Below, one piece after another: positions 16,277 through 21,873 of a DNA stretch of 21,873 nucleotides. The notes below the pieces were generated by a model. That model did no database searches. It was given only the letters and a program-made list of their open reading frames with translations, and had not been told where the DNA came from. Numbering within the stretch: position 1 is the first letter of the stretch; every line of letters begins with the position of its first letter. A program made the translations under genes and the position numbers. The stretch is from Chlorokybus atmophyticus. Lineage: Eukaryota > Plantae > Mesostigma and Chlorokybus algae. The stretch covers positions 1 through 21,873 of the forward strand of contig RHPI01002464.1 of NCBI GenBank assembly GCA_009103225.1, read 5' to 3'.

Positions 16277-19200
16277 CTCCTCCCCCCCCAGGTGAGCTTC
16301 GTCCTCGAAGCTCGCGAGGTTGTCGTCGAGCAAGATAGGCGCGCACAACGTCTTGAGCATTAGTCAAGTGTGCCTCTGGCTCCCAGGATGCTTCATGCAA
16401 CGGATAGCCCCTCCATTTCACTAAGAACTTGCGTACGCCATGCACAAACTTCTCACCAAGGATGTCTTCTACCTCCCACTCGGGTTCACCGTCTGTGCCA
16501 ACTTCGGGGGGTGGCCTTTCTGGCGGTTGTCCTCGATATGCTTTTAGAAGGGAGACGTGGAAAACGGGGTGCACACGCATGGTGTCGGGTAGCTCCAACT
16601 TGTACGCCACGTCCGAGATAACTTTGCTGACCTTAAATGGTCCCAACCAGCGTTCATTCAGCTTGCGAACTCCCGTACGCACCTGGACGTGCTTCGCGGA
16701 GAGTAACACAATGTCGCCTTCCTGAAACGTGAGGTGTCGGCGATGCGCGTCCGCGTACTGCTTCTGCCGATTTTGTGCCACCAATAACGCATCCCTAGCT
16801 GCCTTGTTAATGTCCGCGCACTTTGTAAGGAAGTCATTAGCTGCCTCCACACGCACGTCATGTCGTCGCGGTGTCCATGCCGTCAACGGTGTCAATGGAT
16901 GTTGCCCGTAGTTCATAAGGAAGGGAGTGACACCTGTGCTTGCATTGTGGTGGTTGTTGATCGCAAACTCAACCAACTCAAGCAGCTCCTCCCAATTGTC
17001 TTGTCGCGCGTTAACGTAGCAACGCAGCATGTCCTCGATCACACGGTTGGCCCGCTCCGTTTGCCCATCAGTTTGCGGGTGGAATGCCGTGCTAAACTTC
17101 AGTGTGGTACCCAGTGCACTATGCAGCGCCTCCCAAAACTTACTTGTAAAGCGCGGGTCGCGATCACTCACAATGCTTCGTGGTAATCCATGAGAACGAA
17201 ATACATGCTTCACGAACAAGCGTGCTGCCTCCGGTGCCGTGCAAGACTCACTACACGGTGCCAAGCGTACCATTTTGCTGGTTTTATCGACGAACACAAG
17301 TATAGCGTCGTACCCTTCTTTTGTCTTTGGTAGCCCCGTGATAAAGTCCATGGTAACTTGCTCCCACTTGGACAATGGCACAGGGAGAGGTTGCAGCAAC
17401 CCACCTGGCTTTTGGTTGCTTGCCTTCACCCTTTGGCATGCGTCGCACAACGCCACGTAGTCGCGCACATCGCGATGCATCTCTCGCCAGTAAAAACGCT
17501 GTTTTAAGCTTGCCAAAGTCCTTTCCAACCCTTGGTGACCAGCAATGGGCACGTCATGAGCTTCCTTCAGCAACTTCACACGGATATGCGCGACGTTGGG
17601 GATGTACAAGCGCCCATGGTGCCACAGCAGCCCGTCGCGCATTGACCAGTGCCCACTTGTGTCCGTAGCTGTATTTTCCAGCTCTTGCAACACTTTCATA
17701 CCCTCCGTGTCTTCACGAAGCACGTGCCGAATCTGGTCGGTCCACTCGGGCTGCACTTGAGCGAGTGCCTCAATTGCATTAAGCCGGCTCAGCGCGTCAG
17801 CAACACCATTTGACGTACCGGGCTTGTACTTGATATCGAAGTCAAAAAGTTGAAAGAACTCAAGCCATCGAGCTTGTCTGCGACTCAGATGAGGTTGTGT
17901 TTGTAAGTACCTCAGTGGAGAGTGATCCGTCTCAAGCACGAACTTTTTGCCTTCCAAAAAACAACGCCATTGTCGTAGCGCCATGACTTGCGCTAAAAGT
18001 TCCTTCTCGTGCACGGGGTAATTCAGCTCCGCACCACTCATCTTTTTGCTGAAGAATGCTACTGGTTGAAGGCCGTTGCCATGGTCTTGCTGCAAAACAG
18101 CTCCTACGGCTGTGTCGGACGCGTCGCAAGCCAAAATAAATGTCTTTTCCATGTTGGGGTGAGCCAGGACTGGTGCCTCCGTCAGCGCCTTCTTCAACGC
18201 AGCAAATGCATGTTCCTCTGTTGCTGACCAGCTCCAATGCTTTCCCTATTTGAGTAGGGTAGTCAAGGGAGCAGCTATGCGCGAAAACCCCATGATAAAC
18301 TTGCGATAATACCCCGCAAGGCCTAAAAAGGACATCACCTCCTTTACATTGGTCGGGGCAGCCCACTCGCGCACCACCTGCACTTTGTTGGGGTCCGGCT
18401 TGATGCCTTCATGCGACACAATGTGGCCTAGGTACTCCACCTCTCGAAGCAAGAATTTGCACTTCTGTAGCTGGGCGTACAACTTGTGTTCGCGCAAACG
18501 CTGCAACACGCGCCGTAGAAGTGCCACGTGCTCCTCCTTTGTTGTCGCGTACACCAAAATGTCGTCGAGGTACACGAGGACTCCCTTACCAATCAAGTCA
18601 GCAAAAACGCTGTTCATAAGCGTTTGAAATGTTGCCGGTGCGTTCGTAAGTCCGAAGGACATGACCAACCACTCGTAGTGCCCATAACGTGTGTTAAAAG
18701 CTGTTTTCTCCACATCCTCGGGCGCGATGCGAATTTGGTGATAACCTCCAGCAAGATCAAGTGTTGTGAAGTACTGCGCACCTTGCAATTGCTCCAGCAA
18801 CTCGTCGATACGTGGGAGTGGAAAGCAATTCCTCTTCGTGATGTTGTTGAGAGCTCGGTAGTCGACGCACATGCGCAAGCTCCCGTTCTTCTTTCGTACA
18901 AACAAAATAGGTGCACCATAGGGGGACTTACTAGGCCTGATGTAGCCTCTTTCCAGCAAGTCCGCCACCTGCCTCTCGGCCTCTTCCAGTTCCAAAGGTG
19001 ACAACTTGTATACGGGTCGATACGGTGGCTTGTGCACGCCCTCAATCAGCTCCACACGGTGGTCTACGCTCCGTGGAGGTGGTAGACCAGATGGAAGTCC
19101 GTCCACCATGATATCTTGGTATTCTTTAACAAGTTTACACACCTCGGGGTCCATAGTAGCCGTCTGAACATCGTCACTCAGCTCCGGTGCTGACTTTGCA

Positions 19201-19805
19201 GTGTTTTCGCGCACCACGCACAACCATGCAGCCTTTGCCTTCCGTGGAGACAATAACTTCCTCAATTGCACATAAGAGATCTGGGCAATTGTCGTACCAC
19301 CTAATTGTGCGTGCCGCGCCTCGATGACGTCCGATGCAGCTTGAATGGACTCTCCACCGTTTCGCTCGATGGTGAGCACGCGCTTCCTCCAATTGATGGC
19401 TGGATTATGTTGCCATAGCCACGGTAGTCCCAAAATCCCATCAAACCCGTTCCGTAGGGTGATGCAGCAAAATCGCATGCTCTCCTTCATCTTCCCAATG
19501 CGAACGCACAACTCTTTGGTCATAAACGCAGCGCCATCACCTCCAGAGGGTGGCTCTCCATCAGCGAGCTTCACTTCACCTCCTCGTAATGACGAAAGCC
19601 AACCGTAACGCCGCGCAATATCAATACTCATAAAGTTGCTGTTGGCACCGCTATCAATCATGAGCTTACACTCTCTCCATCGTCCTTGGTCATCGCAAAT
19701 GTGTGCTCGAAGCCCGAAGTACTTTGTTGTCTCCTCGTTTGCATAACTCACCACCATTGGCGCGTTCAAAGCCATCTCTTCTTGCTTCTTTAATGGAAAT
19801 GTCAC
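16272..19805 (-). pseudogene. pol: Pol, copy B, split by one in-frame TAG at 18246-18248
   Basis: The 519-aa and 641-aa ORFs are in frame and match copy A Pol; AAG AAG in A reads AAA TAG in B. Confidence 0.96.
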
Positions 19806-19858
19806 AGCATCCGTCCGTGCATGAGGCTCCTTCCTATCCCCAGCAGTAGCCTCCTCAC

Positions 19859-20887
19859 CTACTGGGGGAAGTCGTTTTCCTGCTCCACGCCATTTTGCTC
19901 CATGGTGTTGACGCGACGATCACGGCGAGGGTTGCCATCCGGTGTTGGCCTTTGCGTGCTTCGTTTGGGGCATCCGTACGCCAAATGCTCCGTCGACCCA
20001 CACGCATAACACTTGCGCACACCTTTACCTCTTTCACCACGTCCGCCGTGCTTCGCCTCACTTCCATGCGTGTGTATGGCACCCACCTCCATTGGTGCAG
20101 GCCCAGAGTCAGCTCCACCTCCATTGGCAAGTGCTGAACTTGGTTCTCCTCGTCTCCATGCATGTTGAAAGCCTCCCCGGGGCTGATCACCATGCCTTTG
20201 CCTCCAGTCAGTGTTTCTTGTGGTGGACTTGAAGTACAACGCGTCGAGACGCTCCGCGATGCGTATAGCCTCCGCGAGTGTCTTCGGGTCCCGTAGCTCC
20301 ACTTCTTTACGCCCCAAAGGTTTTAAACCACGTGTATACCTGTCCAACTGCTCCTCCTCGGTCATATTGGGTATGGACATCACCAATCGCTGAAACGCGG
20401 CCGTGTACGCCATCACCGACCCCATTTGCACAAGGGCTGCAAGTTTGTCGCGTGCGGCCTTCACGCTCTCAACGGGAACAAATTGATGCCTGACCTCCAG
20501 TGCCAACTCTTCCATGGTGGTCAATGGTAGCGCCAACCCGTTTGCAACACGCGTACATCGATGCCTCCACCACACAAGTGCTGCACCTTCAAGCAATGTC
20601 GCTGCAACCTCCACGTGCAGATGCGTGGGCACCTCCGTGAGCTTCAACCAAGACGATACTTGAAAAATCCATTCATCCACTGCATCTCCATCACGTTGAC
20701 CCCTGAATGGCTTGGGCTTTGGCACCTTCACATGCACGCGCGAGCTTGATGCCATGGGAATTTGTACACGCGCCATCGCATGCTCATACGCCTCGCGTTG
20801 TGCTTGTGCCGCCGCTTGAGTGTGATGAAGCTCTTCCCTCAGTGCCAAGATGGCAGCTTGAAGCTCTTCCATGCGAGCATCCTCCAT
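19859..20887 (-). CDS. gag: Gag, copy B (342 aa from the first ATG, MEDARMEELQ...)
   Basis: N-terminal heptad-like helix, Gag core and CCHC knuckle; GGAAAAC at 19874-19880 as in copy A. Confidence 0.94.
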   Translation of the reverse strand: MEDARMEELQAAILALREELHHTQAAAQAQREAYEHAMARVQIPMASSSRVHVKVPKPKPFRGQRDGDAVDEWIFQVSSWLKLTEVPTHLHVEVAATLLEGAALVWWRHRCTRVANGLALPLTTMEELALEVRHQFVPVESVKAARDKLAALVQMGSVMAYTAAFQRLVMSIPNMTEEEQLDRYTRGLKPLGRKEVELRDPKTLAEAIRIAERLDALYFKSTTRNTDWRQRHGDQPRGGFQHAWRRGEPSSALANGGGADSGPAPMEVGAIHTHGSEAKHGGRGERGKGVRKCYACGSTEHLAYGCPKRSTQRPTPDGNPRRDRRVNTMEQNGVEQENDFPQ

Positions 20888-20967
20888 CTCCACTAACACA
20901 CTACACTCCGCTTCCGAATGAAAAGTGTAAACGCCCACACACTTCCTCTCTCACCTTCGTAAACCGT

Positions 20968-20979
20968 GCTCCGATACCA
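20968..20979 (-). other. Primer binding site for tRNA-iMet 3' end (chromovirus)
   Basis: TGGTATCGGAGC, 2 nt after the LTR CA; differs from the plant iMet PBS TGGTATCAGAGC by one base, which allows a G:U pair. Confidence 0.88.
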
Positions 20980-20981
20980 GT

Positions 20982-21653
20982 TGTGACGGTGCTCGTGCCT
21001 TGTCACCTGTGAGTTGGTCCAATCCACAACCCTCTCACCAAGACACGGTATTCACACCGGAACCTTGCCCCCTCTGCCAAGCACACACGCGCGCCCCGCC
21101 ACTCGCGTACGCACGCGCATGCGCTCGAAGCTACACACCGACTTGTGTAGCGCCTTGGATCGTCACACAAGCAAGCACACACCGGTGGGCACACGCTAGC
21201 AACCCCTGCTAACCACCACCAAGCTTGCACACAAGAAACTAGGGAGCTAAAGGTTGTATTGCAAATTGTAGAATGTCACTTTTATACCTACCAGTCTGCA
21301 CATGCTACTGTCTAGACGATTCTAGCGCTAGACGGAACTAGAAGCTAAGATATTCTTGCAGAATCTTGTAGTACACTTCTAGACCTTTCCAACGCACCAA
21401 AGATCTCCTAATTTGCTGCTCATATGGTCAAGTTATACTACTTGGCGCCAGGCCCTTCCAGAAATCTGGTCGAGCCCTTCTCGACTGGCCCTCCGTTTTC
21501 TGGCACCTTCCGGACTGGTCTTGGGGCCCCGGTCGATATCCGCGGCAGACTCATAACTCGCCGATATCCGCCACAAGTCATTAAAAACATGTACCTTACA
21601 AATAAGGCCTAAAACGGCCATGAAAATCACAGAATTTGGCCTTGACTGTTACA
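20982..21653 (-). repeat. LTR shared by copy B (5') and copy C (3') (672 bp)
   Basis: PBS on one side, PPT (21654-21666) and pol end on the other. About 10 substitutions and one 2-bp indel versus 15607-16276. Confidence 0.97.
21280..21286 (-). promoter_or_regulatory. Candidate TATA box of the chromovirus LTR (copy at 15903-15909)
   Basis: GGTATAAAAG on the - strand, ~300 bp before the LTR end. Confidence 0.55.
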
Positions 21654-21873
21654 CTCCTCCCCCCCCAGGTGAGCTTCGTCCTCGAAGCTCGCGAGGTTGT
21701 CGTCGAGCAAGATAGGCGCGCACAACGTCTTGAGCATTAGTCAAGTGTGCCTCTGGCTCCCAGGATGCTTCATGCAACGGATAGCCCTTCCATTTCACTA
21801 AGAACTTGCGTACGCCATGCACAAACTTCTCACCAAGGATGTCTTCTACCTCCCACTCGGGTTCACCGTCTGT
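21649..21873 (-). CDS. pol: Pol C-terminus (chromodomain), copy C; continues beyond the window
   Basis: DGEPEWEVEDIL...KWKGY...GGGGV*, near-identical to copies A and B. Confidence 0.95.
   Translation of the reverse strand, partial: TDGEPEWEVEDILGEKFVHGVRKFLVKWKGYPLHEASWEPEAHLTNAQDVVRAYLARRQPRELRGRSSPGGGGV

Larger units (their letters stand above)
15607..21653 (-). mobile_element. Ty3/Gypsy chromovirus, copy B (full length, 6047 bp)
   Basis: LTR-PBS-gag-pol-PPT-LTR on the - strand. Confidence 0.98.

Noticed and set aside
18246-18248. Programmed UAG readthrough in copy B pol
   Set aside because: Copy A has a Lys codon here, the context (UAG GGA AAG) is not a CARYYA-type signal, and the site is not a gag-pol junction.
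7492-20979. tRNA genes at the tRNA-complementary segments
   Set aside because: Only 12-14 nt match, each sits directly next to an LTR end, and there is no cloverleaf; these are primer binding sites.
13-21630. Dozens of 60-160 aa ORFs overlapping gag, pol and the LTRs
   Set aside because: These are alternative-frame or antisense shadows with no recognisable motifs. They recur only because the elements are duplicated.

Overview
Eukaryotic, repeat-saturated window, most likely from a green alga (inferred from short GT-AG introns, plant-type tRNA-iMet primer sites and TGTAA in the LTRs). It is a nest of LTR retrotransposons around one spliced orphan gene. (1) One young Ty3/Gypsy chromovirus family occurs three times: copy A (+, 1-4689, intact pol, cut by a 343-N gap), full-length copy B (-, 15607-21653, one nonsense codon) and copy C (-, 21649-end), which shares an LTR with B. 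A and B form a ~4.7-kb inverted repeat that is ~99.4% identical by hand count. (2) A six-exon orphan gene (5033-6494) is followed by a 53-bp-period array of palindromic sites. (3) An older, decayed + strand Gypsy element (~7999-15606) carries a complete DNMT3-like C5 cytosine methyltransferase domain directly upstream of RT-RNaseH-integrase in its pol; this is the most interesting signal. (4) Four Ty1/Copia pieces lie next to or inside that element. They include a young 2.8-kb Gag-protease-only non-autonomous element. Three carry half-tRNA-iMet primer sites, and two have heat-shock-element-like GAAnnTTC arrays in U3. All alignments and counts were done by eye, with no database searches.
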